From NCBI RefSeq assembly GCF_037042905.1, contig NC_087245.1, positions 34,102,001 to 34,166,000 of the forward strand: a DNA stretch of 64,000 nucleotides. The letters are read 5' to 3'. Each line of letters begins with the position of its first letter. Position 1 is the stretch's first letter. This document shows, piece after piece, positions 42,912 through 54,992 of this stretch. The notes under the pieces are model-generated. The model did no database searches and had not been told where the DNA came from. It saw only the letters and a list, made by a program, of their open reading frames with translations. Made by a program: the position numbers and the translations under genes. The stretch comes from Lytechinus pictus (lineage: Eukaryota).

Positions 42912-44177
42912 TAGATACATGTATACTCCTAATACTTATAAATAGTAAATTAATTGATTTAAGAATAATGGAGGAAGAAGGAATGATAAGAAGTATTTCT
43001 CTACAACCCACCATAAGGTCAATTCTTAACGTACAGGATTATTGTACAATTCAGCTTTTTCATTGGCTCTATTTCACTTTTTCGTAGACAACAATATGCC
43101 TTTGGTCTTATTTCCTTTGCTGATGGACTAGAATAAACCCATTGTTTTGATTCGCCATCCAGATCTTTTTAAAGATGTAAGGTACAAATCCAAATTTTCA
43201 TCAAAAATAAATAAAACAAATATTTACCTCTAAAGTCCTGTTTTATGGTTGCTAAACACAATGGCATCTGCCTCTTCATAATGTTGTGGTATGTGTGCTG
43301 GTGATGTACTCCTTTCAAGAGCGCTGGATAACGTAAAAAAAAGAGGGTCTAAACTTTCAAACAAATCTAATATGAATTTCACTAATGATTACACATGACC
43401 TATATAAAGATTGACTGTCAAATGAAAGATTTACACTTGGATCAGTCCACATGAAATCACCTGGGCCCTGTTTCATAAAACTTTTTTATAACAAATTTGC
43501 AAGAACAGTCTAAACCTACAGAAATTATTCAATATGATTGGCTGATGTTAAACTTGATATAGAAAATATGCATTTTTCATTAGAACAAGTCTTAATGAGA
43601 CACAATCATGGTGGCATTGCGACATCCCCCTTTGATTTTGCTAAAATTTAAAACCGATTGTTCCCTAAAGTTTTCTCACGGAGCCATGTGAAATATCATG
43701 CCTCTGTTCAAATGGTTGCTAAGTTGCAACCTCACCTAGAAACCAATACAAAGTCAGTGAATAATTTTTCTTGAATTTCAGCATTTATAAAAGGCTCTTG
43801 AAAGCTAAAGTAAATGAGTAAAGAACTTTTTAAAGTCAGAAGAAAGAAAACTTCTTTCACATATTACGGTTTGGGGTCAAAGGTGATCAGATGTGACCTT
43901 TAAATATAAGATTTTAGAACTTAGCATTTTATATTGCATCTCATAATCAATGTTAAAGTACAGAAATCATAATAAAATGTATCATATCTTTGAGAATATT
44001 GGATAATCAAATGAATAAAAAAATGGTTTTGAGCTGATCAATAGTGCATTGTTTATCAAAGTACTCCAATGATCACAATTAAAGTCTGTAGAATTGTCTT
44101 TTGATGGTTTGGCAGAACCTTATGCGCCTACTGCTCCTGATCACGTTATTTGATGCATGCATTGCAAGTAAGCCTTA

Positions 44178-44597
44178 AGGCCACCGCACACCTTACGACC
44201 CGACTGATCTGCGCCTGGCTTGCGACTGAGTGAGGGGACATGAATCACAAGGTAGTCATAAGCCTTGACACCGCACACCTAGCGATCCGATCTGCGACTC
44301 ACGCTTGCGCTTTTTGCTTTTTGGCATAGCAACTGAGAAAGTGCGCTTACTACTGCGTATGCGCGTTGTTTATCATATACGCGTCGTGCAACTCTGCTGT
44401 CTGATTGGCTGGAAGTTGGATTGAGCTTGCGATCCAGTCATGAGGATTCGATATGTCAAATCCTTACGATTTTCCTTGCGACTTGTCTCTGACCGGTCTG
44501 CGACGCTCAAGCTGACAAGAGCTGTGATGTCACATCTCCCCTCACTCAGTCACAAGCCAGTCATAGACCAGTCGGATCGTAAGGTGTGCGGTGGCCT
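44178..44597. mobile_element. Harbinger-like MITE
   Basis: TTA TSD; TIR AGGCCACCGCACACCTTACGA, extending imperfectly for ~75 bp. Confidence 0.85.
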
Positions 44598-44786
44598 TTA
44601 CCTTAGTTGTAGGGCCACAGTTGGGACAAAGCCACGTCTAATTATTCCTAAATTGATTGGTGCCTATGTAATGTACTGTGCAAAACGGATGTAATATTTT
44701 TACATTCATAATTTTGGCGTACCTTGATGTGTTCCGATCGAAGTGGTTGCTACGCTTCCAAGCTTTGCAGGTGAGCCGATGATCCG

Positions 44787-44933
44787 GGGTCCGTTTCATA
44801 AAGACTTACAATCGTAACTTTGCCATTATTGTAACTTCCATAGAAATCTTGATTGTGATTGGCTGCTGAGCCTTGTTATCATGGTAGTTGCTATAATGGC
44901 AATGTTACTTGAAACTCTTTATGAAACGGGCCC
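44787..44933. mobile_element. Harbinger-like palindromic MITE
   Basis: GGGTCCGTTTCATAAA...TTTATGAAACGGGCCC. Confidence 0.75.
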
Positions 44934-45630
44934 TTGATCTGATGTCCGGAGCTGCCGCATTCAAGTCGGTGGGACCGTGGGTTTGGTGTAATTGATACTG
45001 GTAGTAGGGGCTTCGCAGAGGTTCAAATCTGTTGGCATCAGGCTGAATAGAGTAAAATAAATTCATAAAGTAATTACGAATTGGCCCAAATTGAACATTT
45101 CATTGAATTTTCATACTGCTTCAATTTATGATGAAATAAATTATAATTTTGTATCAATATATATAAAGAAATTGTTTGACTAGGCCGACTCTGAGCTGAA
45201 TATAAATTTATGGTAGCCCAACAATATCTTCGGCCAATCAGAACATATTACTTTTAGAGAATATATAGTATACAAATATAGCAGTGTTTGAGGAAGTATG
45301 GCAGGAATTATTTGTCTGAGGTTGGACTGGCCATTGTACCATTTTTCCTCAAAGCACAAAGCCCAGAGGGAATATTGCCAGTACAAACGAGTACAAATAC
45401 ATAGTTCTCTCTATACTACAAAAATAAAGGCCTGGTATATTTGATTTATATCCTTTATTTTAAAAAGTAAAAAGTAAGAACAAAAGCTCTTGATAATCTA
45501 GTCCTTATATGGTAGTTCATCCTTAAAATCTGAACAAAAATATAGATAATGTGCTGCGTTTGCAGAGCCATGTTGCATTACTTGCGCTTACTGACCTACT
45601 TTTCTTGAAGCCATCGCGCTCAGCAGAACC

Positions 45631-46262
45631 TACCCCATTCCACAGAGACCAAGACCTCTGAAAGACTGCTGTAAGACCATGAAACTTGCTTGATATTTCA
45701 AGGGTCTTTCAACGAACTTTCGAAGATCTCTGAGGTCTTTCACGATTCTTGATGGATCTTTCAACGGTCTTCCTTGTCCTTGTGAGTCCCAAAACTTTTT
45801 GAAACAGTTCAAAACAGTCTTTCAGCGGTCTTACAGGAAAATTGTCTTTTGATGGTCTTTCAGCAGTCTTTCAGTAGTCTTTCAATGAACTTTCAAAGTT
45901 CTTATTAGTCTATCCATGATCTTTCGGCAGTCTCTCAAGATTTTTTAGGAGATTGGAGAAAGACTCATGAGAGATCATTGAAAGATCATTGAAAGACCAG
46001 GCAAAGTCCTTGGAAAGAATTCTGAAAGATCACTTGTTGCATAAAAGATCTCTGAAAGACCATTGAAAGATCTCTATAGGACAAATCTAAGACCAGTAAG
46101 ACAAGAAATATCCATCAGTCTTTCAGAGTCCTTTGACGGGTGTTTCTGAGCCATTCCACAGAGATGACAAATTTCAGTGATCTTGGAGACTGCTGTAAGA
46201 CCTTGCCAATTTTTGGTCTTTGAAAGGTCCTTCAAAGGTCTCCCCTCTGTGGAATGGCAGTC
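45631..46262. mobile_element. TIR element rich in GTCTTTCA/TGAAAGAC subterminal motifs
   Basis: CCATTCCACAGAG at the left, CTCTGTGGAATGG at the right, plus an internal second left end at ~46151; TSD not resolved. Confidence 0.5.
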
Positions 46263-46674
46263 CCTTAACAGGACTTGCCCGGTTGAAATACATAGCTGAC
46301 CGGCGCGTCCGAGAGATTGCATGATCTGTGACGTCAATGATTGAATAGTGCACTATTCCATCATTGAGGTCACGGAATAATAAATTTCCTTCACAGGCAT
46401 TTTGTTTCAATAACACATGATGCTATTTGAACCAATCACTATACAGGATTTGACTTATGTAGGATATTATATATGGCATGCTATTTCTTCTATCTTTTTT
46501 GCTCACCTTGTTCTGATCTGTTCTAAGTTGAGATAAGCTAGTCTTCTTGATCGTCTGTTGTTTGGCCGTAAGTGAGCTGAGCTGATCTAACAGAGTTGCT
46601 GCAGTAGACAAGGGTGAAGGGGTTATTGTAAAAAGAGGAAGTTAAAACATGGTGTATAAAGGCCTGAATTAAGC

Positions 46675-48112
46675 AACTAGCACATCAATGATGTGGAGCT
46701 CATCCGGCATCTCGAAACAAAATTTAACACAATTAATAATTTCAGCCCAGTTGACACTGTAGTAAACTATGTTGGTGACATAAATTTAGGAAACAGAATT
46801 GAAATTGGTGAACCTCATGAGGCTCTCAGATGGAACCAAAAAATCAAAATCAGTCAACAAATAAATAATCATTTTTGTGAGTTTTGAAAAGTATGCATAA
46901 ATTAGCATATTTATTGAGTTTCTAAATTCTGTGTAGAAATTTAGTATCCTCACATAGAGCTATCATATAAAGCAAACAAAATTGAAATTGATCAACAAAT
47001 AAAGGAGAAAAAGTATTTTTTGTGATTTATAAATAAATTTTGCATAAAGCATAAATAACTTTCTAGTCAAAATGTCTATTAAAATTCTGTGTAGAAGTTT
47101 GGTGTACCTCATGAAGTTCTACCAGATGGAAGAAAAAAAAATCAAAATCGGTCAACAAATAAAGAGGCATTTTTTTATTATGAATAAATTTTGCATAAAT
47201 TAGCATTAATAATTTTCTTCTCAAAATTTCTAAATTATGTGTAGAAGTTTGGTGAACCTCATGAAATTCTACCAGAAGGGAGAAAAAAAATCAAAATCAG
47301 CCAACAAATAAAGAAGAAGAAGCATTTTTTTCATTATATGCATAAATAATTTTCTGGTCAAAATTTCAAAATTCAGTGTGGAAACTTGGTGACCAACATG
47401 TAGCTCTACCAGATGGATGAAAAAAAAATCAAAATTGGTCAACAAATAAAGAAGAAAAGGCATTTTTTGTGATTATGAATAAATTTTGCAAAAATTAACG
47501 TACCAATAAATAATTTTCTACTCAAAATTTCTAAATTCTGTGTAGAAGTTTGGTGAACCTCATAAAGTTCTACCACATGGAAGAAAAAAAATCAAAATCA
47601 GTCAACAAATAAAGAAGCATTTTTTTATTTTTAGAAATATGCATAAATAATTTTCTAGTCAAAATTTCAAAATTCAGTGTGGAAATTTGGTGACCCTCAT
47701 GTAGCTCTACCAGATGGATGAAAAAAAAATCAAAATTGGTCAACAAATAAAGAAGAAGAAGCATTTTTTTATCATTATAAATAAATTTCGCATGAATTAG
47801 CATACAAATTCTTCTAGTCATAATTTTAAAATTCTGTGTTGAAGTTTGGTTAAACTCATGAATCTCTACCAGAAGGAAGCATAAAAATCAAAATCGGTCA
47901 ACAAATAAAGAAGAAGCATTTTTTGTGAATTTTGAAAAATGGGCATAAATTACTAGTAGCATAATTAATGAGTTTCAAAATTCCGTGTGGCAGTTTTTAA
48001 TCCCCCACCTAGTGCTATCATATAAAGCAAACAGAATTGAAAAAAGAAGAAGCATTTTGAAATTGTGGACGGACGACAGACGACGGACGCTATGCCACGG
48101 CATAAGCTCAGC
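46675..48112 (+). repeat. ~150-bp tandem array within a probable Helentron-associated element
   Basis: AAATTCTGTGTAGAAGTTTGGTGAACCTCATG...AAAATCGGTCAACAAATAAAG recurs about 9 times; ends in a GGAC/GACG microsatellite and ATAAGCTCA. Confidence 0.8.
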
Positions 48113-48713
48113 TGAAAATTAATTCATAAATCAGTAGTAAAAATGCAGGAATTTATTCATTCTGTATTGCATTCCCATCGTGGCTTTATATGAAACTGGA
48201 ATAAAGCATGAAATAGTTTCATAAATGTAAACAAGTTCATAAAATAGAATAAAAAACGGACATACTGAAGCTTTTTGACATACACTCATCAGAGTATGAC
48301 AAAAACACTAGAGCAAAACAATATATAATAGAACCGAAACTAGACAATGGACGTAAATGGTGAGCCATGATTGGCTTTCAAGGTTAACAAGTTAGGCTTT
48401 ATTTTAGTACCAGCCGTAAATTGAACCGATAAACTAAAATAACGCAAGGGTTCTTACAAACTCTTTCTCGCGGCAGAGATATACGCTGCCTTGAGCATGC
48501 GCAAATGAGTGAAACCCCTTGCTCGGTTGAGCACCTTAAACCAAGATGAACAGTATTGTCCAGCGCATGCTTGGTTGCTCAGCAAGTGGTTGGCAATAGC
48601 CGAACTACTACCGCCATCCGTCGCAGTACTAGCAGTACGTTTTGTGCATGCGCGCGGAGGTTGTTAACGCGCACTAATTCGACAATTTCAGATAGAGGCA
48701 GGCAAGTTCTTAA

Positions 48714-49454
48714 CCCTAAACAAGTTCTTAATTATAAAAGGCCAAGGGGGGCGGATTCCGCCCCCCCCTCCCCTCTACATTTTCACGATAAATCCACCGC
48801 GCGAAAGTGTTCAACCGCGCTGCTCGCTGCCTTTTTACTTTCAAATTGCGATGTCCGGGTATGCGGTTACAAAATTACACAACATTATGTAAGTGCATGT
48901 CAGACCCAAAACTGCTCAAAAACATGAATTCATGTACAAATCCAATGCAAATTGTGTATTTAGCCAAAATTCATAAATGTATCATTATTTCTACTTTTAC
49001 TGATTAAACTTGATTTTGTCTTGTTTATGATCAGAATTAAGTCTGCAACAATTTCCATCGAAAAAACAATAAGTCAAAAAACAATGAAATACATAAGAAA
49101 TTAATAAACAATTAAATACATAAGAAAAAAATTGCGATACCAATATTTTTAAAGTACATTTGATCAGGGTCCTACAAAGAGTCTGTGAATAAAAAATTAG
49201 CAGTTTTGAGGCAGTATGATAGTTGATTAGAGCAAATGTTTTATTCCATGAATAAATTAGCATAATTAACTCATTAAATGAAAAATCTTATTATTTAAAA
49301 AAAATAACCATATAGCCTTGTAGATTATATTGCACACTACCACTTTGCAAATTTTTGCGGCGCTCACGCGATCGAAGGCCGAGATATCAGGGAAGACGGA
49401 TTCCCCACCCTCCCCGGCTGTGAGATGGGTCCAAATAACCCGGCTATGTTAGGG
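48714..49454. mobile_element. piggyBac-like MITE
   Basis: ttaa-CCCTAA...TTAGGG-ttaa; GGGGGCGGATTCCGCCCCC subterminal palindrome. Confidence 0.75.
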
Positions 49455-50091
49455 TTAAGTGGACAATATGAACTCATGAATGTATACTGGTAATTGTTAA
49501 TTTTTTTTTCATGATTTCTTCGTCAAGCAATACATGCACTTACAAGTTGGACAAAAATTCATTAGAAATATATCATTATGCATTTTTTTTGGGGGGGGTT
49601 CCTTTTCCATTATACTTTACTCACCTATTTCTGAGCTGGTTGACGTTAATTATCTTGATTGTCGGTTTATAGGTCATGGGTGAGCTGAGCTGATCAGACG
49701 AGCTACCTCGATCGCAGTACAGGAATTTCACTCAAATCTGCAGCGTAGACCTGCATGAATTAAGAATAAATAAACTGACTTTTAATTGTAATATTACCAT
49801 TTGGCTCAACATGAAGCCAAAATAAACCACAACTTACCTAAAATTTTTGAATTTTCAGCTCAATGTTTTATATACCCCCCGTCTATAGCTCTTGATTGGG
49901 GGGTGGGGGTACCATTTTTTTTAATTTTGGGGCTCAATATATTTGCTCTCACACACCCCCCCCCCCCCCCGATCGAATGAATTACGCCACTTGACCACTG
50001 ACTATTCATCTAGCTTAGCTTATATATTTAAAAAAAATGAATTTTTGACCCCCATCTCCCACACTCGATCTATTAAATATTAGACAATGAT

Positions 50092-50315
50092 ATCGTGACA
50101 CAGAATCCTGACATCGAGGCACCAACTGGATCTGGACCCTCAAAAAAAGGAAAAGTGAGACTGAGAGTGAGACCTCCATGTCGCGTTCGTCGCGTGGTAT
50201 CGATCGGCCATTTTGTTTTCAATTTAAAAAGAAGGCGAACGAACGAGACCGAACTTTTTCCTTTTTTTGAGGGTCCAGTTTGTGCTTCGATGTCACTCAG
50301 TCTCAGGATCACGAT
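50092..50315. mobile_element. Short inverted-repeat element
   Basis: TGACATCGAGGCAC..TGGACCCTCAAAAAAAGGAAAA is inverted as TTTTCCTTTTTTGAGGGTCCA..GTGCTTCGATGTCA. Confidence 0.6.
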
Positions 50316-50387
50316 AACATTAACAAGTTAGTCAGACCTTCATCCATAACTCATAAGCATATTATAAGTTCATAAAGTGCATAGGGA

Positions 50388-50614
50388 GGCGCAATAGCTC
50401 AGTCGGTAGAGCGGGGGTTTCGGATTCCGGTGACCCGGGTTCGATTCCCACGTGGTGCGCTAGTGCCCTTTGGTAAGGCATTTATCCTCATTACCAGGTC
50501 TCTCGGAGAGGACCTTAAGCCGTCGGTCCTCTGGTTGCTTGCTCACAGGCATTTGTGCTTTCTTAGCAGTCAGGTAAAAATCTCGGTATAACAACATAAC
50601 ATAACATAACATAA
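50388..50614 (+). mobile_element. tRNA-derived SINE with (CATAA)n tail
   Basis: TAGCTCAGTCGG A box, GGTTCGATTCC B box, central GGTCTCTCGGAGAGGACCTTAAGCCGTCGGTCC domain, (CATAA)4 tail. Confidence 0.88.
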
Positions 50615-53089
50615 TTTATTTTTCCCCCTCTTATTTCAGTAGAGGCGCACGGCCAATATGGGAGACTCTCTCCAATAGGGGAGACAATCTCCCATATTGG
50701 AGACTTGCTTTGCAAAAGGACAAAAGAAACAACACCAACAAAAGCATGATTTTTTCCACCCAAAATTTTGTCTCACTGAGGTCAGAAGCCCATTTGTTTT
50801 GTGTGTGATTGACAACAAAAATCGGCCAAATTCGCAATTGTGCCCAAGCGCCATTAAAACTGCTCAGCCCAGTGAAAATTCTTATCGCTAGACGTGCGTA
50901 AGAGCATGTGCGACCGGTGTCACACTTGACCGCACAATAACAAAGCTCAGTCAGCGGGATATCGGCGTTCAGTGAAGTGGCGTGTTAATGGGTATTTCAG
51001 CTGAATGCGAGAGAGGGGCGGGGATTAGGGATTGGGGGGGGTGAAGGGGCACCAAAAAATATATGAAATTGGCGGGTTATCAATAAAATACTATGTGCAT
51101 CGTATTTTCGTTTTCTTTTTGTGTTTTCTGTATGATACATGGTGGGTAGATTAATCCCTCATTCATTCATTCCATCCAATTTATTCATCATACTGTGCAT
51201 TTCATTTCATATTATATTACATAATAACACTGTTTTACTAATCTTATTTTTTCTGTCCTTGATGGGGATCGAACTCGAACCTTTTGATCTGCAGTCCAGC
51301 ATCGTAGTCAGCACGCCACATGAGATGAGCTGACAGCCGAAACTGGTTTAGCGCTCAAGTCGTACGGAGGTTTCCCCGGCGGCAGTTAGCAGGCCAGGGA
51401 ATCAACGATCCGTGATTTAATTCATTAGAAAATATATATATTTAAGGATCCAGGGGCTATAGATAATGGTACCAATAATTCCAAACAGGATTTTGTTATT
51501 TTTTTCACTTCGTTTATATTATCGCTATGTATTTTAATACGATGTGCGTTTACTATTGAGTATATTGAGTCACCTGAAATAACACCTGGAACATTTCTCT
51601 GTTTAGGCAACGGGGGCCTAAACATGGAACAAAAAACTCACGCAACTAGTTTGCACTTGATGTTCGTAGTCGGCGTGTAGGCCTAAAACTTTATTTTAAC
51701 ATATATATAGCTTCCTTTTTTTCATTCTAAACTCCCAAGTTATCCCCTCTACAGCAAACCTCATGTTGCTATCGGTCCGCCAATATACGATCTTCTCGGA
51801 TATTTTCAAATAAATCTGGCATTTTGGTAGGCACGGCAAAATTGAAAAAAAAAGTATGCACAAGAAATTGTAAATTGGTTCCTTCTCTGTTTCTAAACAT
51901 ATCGGTAATTTCATATACTCACTTTTGCGTTATCCTTCTTGGTTATATATAAATGCCCCGTTATATTGAATTTTAACCTCCTTCACTCCTTCCGCCAAAA
52001 TATTCCAAGTCAACAAATTTCCTCATTTTTTTTTCGCCCGGCAAGCTCATCAATCATCTCTCTCATTAAACCTTTCTTTCTTCACTCTAATCCTCTCAAA
52101 CAATCCTCACTCACATCCTCTGCGAAAAGTTGCGCCCTCCATGTCAATCGTGCCCCACTGACATCAAGATGTGTCTTGCCACATCTCGCACATAATGCAT
52201 AAACTTTTACTTCATGAACATTGCTTTATTGGCCGCTTTATTCTGTATTTGTTATATGTGTTATAATGATATTCATATACACTATAAGCAAACAAGTTTC
52301 CAATACTTTGCTTAGCGATATTCATTTTGGAAATTTTCTACTTAAGTCTAGTGTGGTGGTATGCTCAATAATTTAGATTCCTAATTTCCTTCATAAATTT
52401 GGTTGAAATATTTACTACGTCAATTAATGATATCATACACTTTAGTTTATATCTTACTGTTATTGTGTTGTCTAAAGGATAACTATTCTCATTTCATTGA
52501 TTCCTCAAAAATTGAATATGTTATTTTTATACAACTTTTGTACTAGTGATGATTCTGATTTTAATGTTATTGATATCGAATTGATTCACTATTTGTATAG
52601 AACCTAAGTTACACTTTTATCTTTTTATATACATGTATATTGTTATTTCATTTTAACAGGACCATGTTTAAAAACAGTGAATCTGAGCTTGTTATCCTGT
52701 ATAAAGATATTTAAATAAATAAATAAATTTGTTATGTTTGTTTATAGTCTTCATTCTTTATGATGTATATATTGCTTTATTACGTGTCTCTGTGTTTTTT
52801 TTTTCTTTCTTCATCTGTTCATGATTTTATTTATTCATGAACTTTCACTTTATGCTGTATTTTTATGTTGTTTCTCAATTTTCCTCCTTCGCGTTATTGC
52901 TTTATTCTGTAATTGTTAAACTCTATATAGGGCATTTTATTATGTCCAACATTTTTGCGTATCTTTTCTACTCTTCCATCGTTACCCTATTATAAATGGA
53001 TTTTGTCAATGTTAGCTTATTTTTATTTTCCTCAAGAAAGAGCAAGACAAACTTTTAATGGTACAGATGTATATTCCAAAGGTGATTAG

Positions 53090-54790
53090 CTACAAATACG
53101 GAATAAAGGAAAAACATATGTTAAAACGCAATTTGAATTTTTTGATGGGCAAATTGATTAAGGTGCTAGTATAGTGACAAATTTCACTAAATACGGGATA
53201 AAGCTTATAGAAAAAACTTGGTGAGCATAGGTGCGAATCAACCAAGATTCTAATAATTACTATTGACCGGAGGGCGGGAAAAGTGGTGTTCTGGGTTTGA
53301 AATGTCTGGCTGGGCGGGGGGTAGAGCGAAGGAAAGTAAGGCAACAAAAATGGGAGGCATATTAGGGTGTTAGTATAAAAACTTCAACAAAATACGTAAA
53401 AACCGATATAGTAAAGTTGAAACGCATTAATAGATTTTTTTTTTTGGGGGGGGGGCATAATTATTAAGGTGCTAATAAAGAGTGACAAGCTTTACCAAAA
53501 TGCGGAATAAAGTAATAAAGAAAAGTTTGTGGGCATAAAGTACTAAGTGATGATCGAGCCAAGATTCTTAATTCTCTATTGCTTTAGTCCGTATCAATTT
53601 GATGCAGTATAGAGTGACTGCATAAAAAATATACAGAATAAAGCAATACAGAAATATTGGCATATTAAGGTTCTGGTATAAAGTGACAAACTTATCAAAA
53701 TACGGAATAAAGCGATATAGAAAATTTTGAACACAATTTAATATTCTGTGGGTATATTAAGGTGCTAGTATATACTGATGAACAAGCCAAGATTCTAATA
53801 ATTCGTGTTGGCCCGGAGGGCGAGAAAAGGGTTTTTCTTTTGGGGGTATATACATGTAAGCAGCGGACAGGGGGATTGAAATATCTGAGGGGGGATAGAG
53901 CGAAAAGAGAAAAGTAGGAAAAGCTAATTTTATTAAAAATTATTTTGGGCATATTAAGGTGCTAGTATAGAGTGACAAGCTTCATGAAAATACGGAATAA
54001 AGCAATATTGAAGAGTTGTTGGGCATATTAAGGTGCTAGTATAGAGTGATGAACAAGCCAAGATTCTAATAATTCGTGTTGGCCCGGAGGGCGAGAAAAG
54101 GGGTTTTCTTTTGGGGGTATATAAGCAGCGGACAGGGGGGATAGAGCGAAAAAAGAAAAGTAGGAAAAGCAAATTTTATTAAAAATTCTTTTGGGCATAT
54201 TAAGGTGCTAGTATAGAGTGACAAGCTTCATGAAAATACGGAATAAAGCAATATTGAAAAGTTGTTGGGCATATTAAGGTGCTAGTATAGAGTGATGAAC
54301 AAGCCAAGATTCTAATAATTCGTGTTGGCCCGGAGGGCGAGAAAAGGGGTTTTCTTTAGGGGGTATATAAGCAGCGGACCGGGGGATTGAAATGTCTGAG
54401 GGGGGATAGAGCGAAAAGAGAAAAGTAGGAAAAGCTAATTTTATTAAAAATTATTTTGGTCATATTAAGGTGCTAGTATAGAGTGACAAGCTTCATGAAA
54501 ATACGGAATAAAGCAATATTGGAAAGTTGTTGGGCATATTAAGGTGCTAGTATAGAGTGATGAACAAGCCAAGATTCTAATAATTCGTGTTGGCCCGGAG
54601 GGCGAGAAAAGGGGTTTTCTTTTGGGGGTATATAAGCAGCAGACAGGGGGATTGAAATGTCTGAGGGGGGATAGAGCGAAAAGAGAAAAGTAGGAAAGGC
54701 ATATTTTATTCAAAATTCTTTTGGGCATATTAAGGTGCTAGTATAGAGTGACAAATTTCCTGAAAATACGGAATAAAGCAATATAGAAAA
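53090..54790 (+). repeat. ~245-270-bp tandem repeat with internal GGGCATATTAAGGTGCTAGTATAGAGTGA subrepeats
   Basis: About 4 highly similar units (53.7-54.8 kb) preceded by diverged units. Confidence 0.9.
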
Positions 54791-54992
54791 GTTGTTGAAG
54801 TTTTTGAAATACGCAATAAAAACGAATGTCAACCTTTAGAAATAGCACCGAAATACTTCACATCCCCGTTCCCCTTAACAAAAAAAAAGGATCCTTGTGG
54901 AGATTCGAACCATGAACGCTTAGATGCGTACGCATTTATGCACTGTGCCACGCTCACCTATTCATTCGACGTAGTGAAATTAAGACCTATAA

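Noticed and set aside
50388..50462. Functional tRNA gene (also 10332-10410)
   Set aside because: Continues into a SINE body and tail shared between copies, with no oligo-T terminator after the tRNA-like part
46720..54790. CRISPR-like arrays (46.7-48.0 kb, 53.1-54.8 kb)
   Set aside because: The sequence between the conserved motifs is itself repeated rather than unique spacers; no cas genes; eukaryotic context
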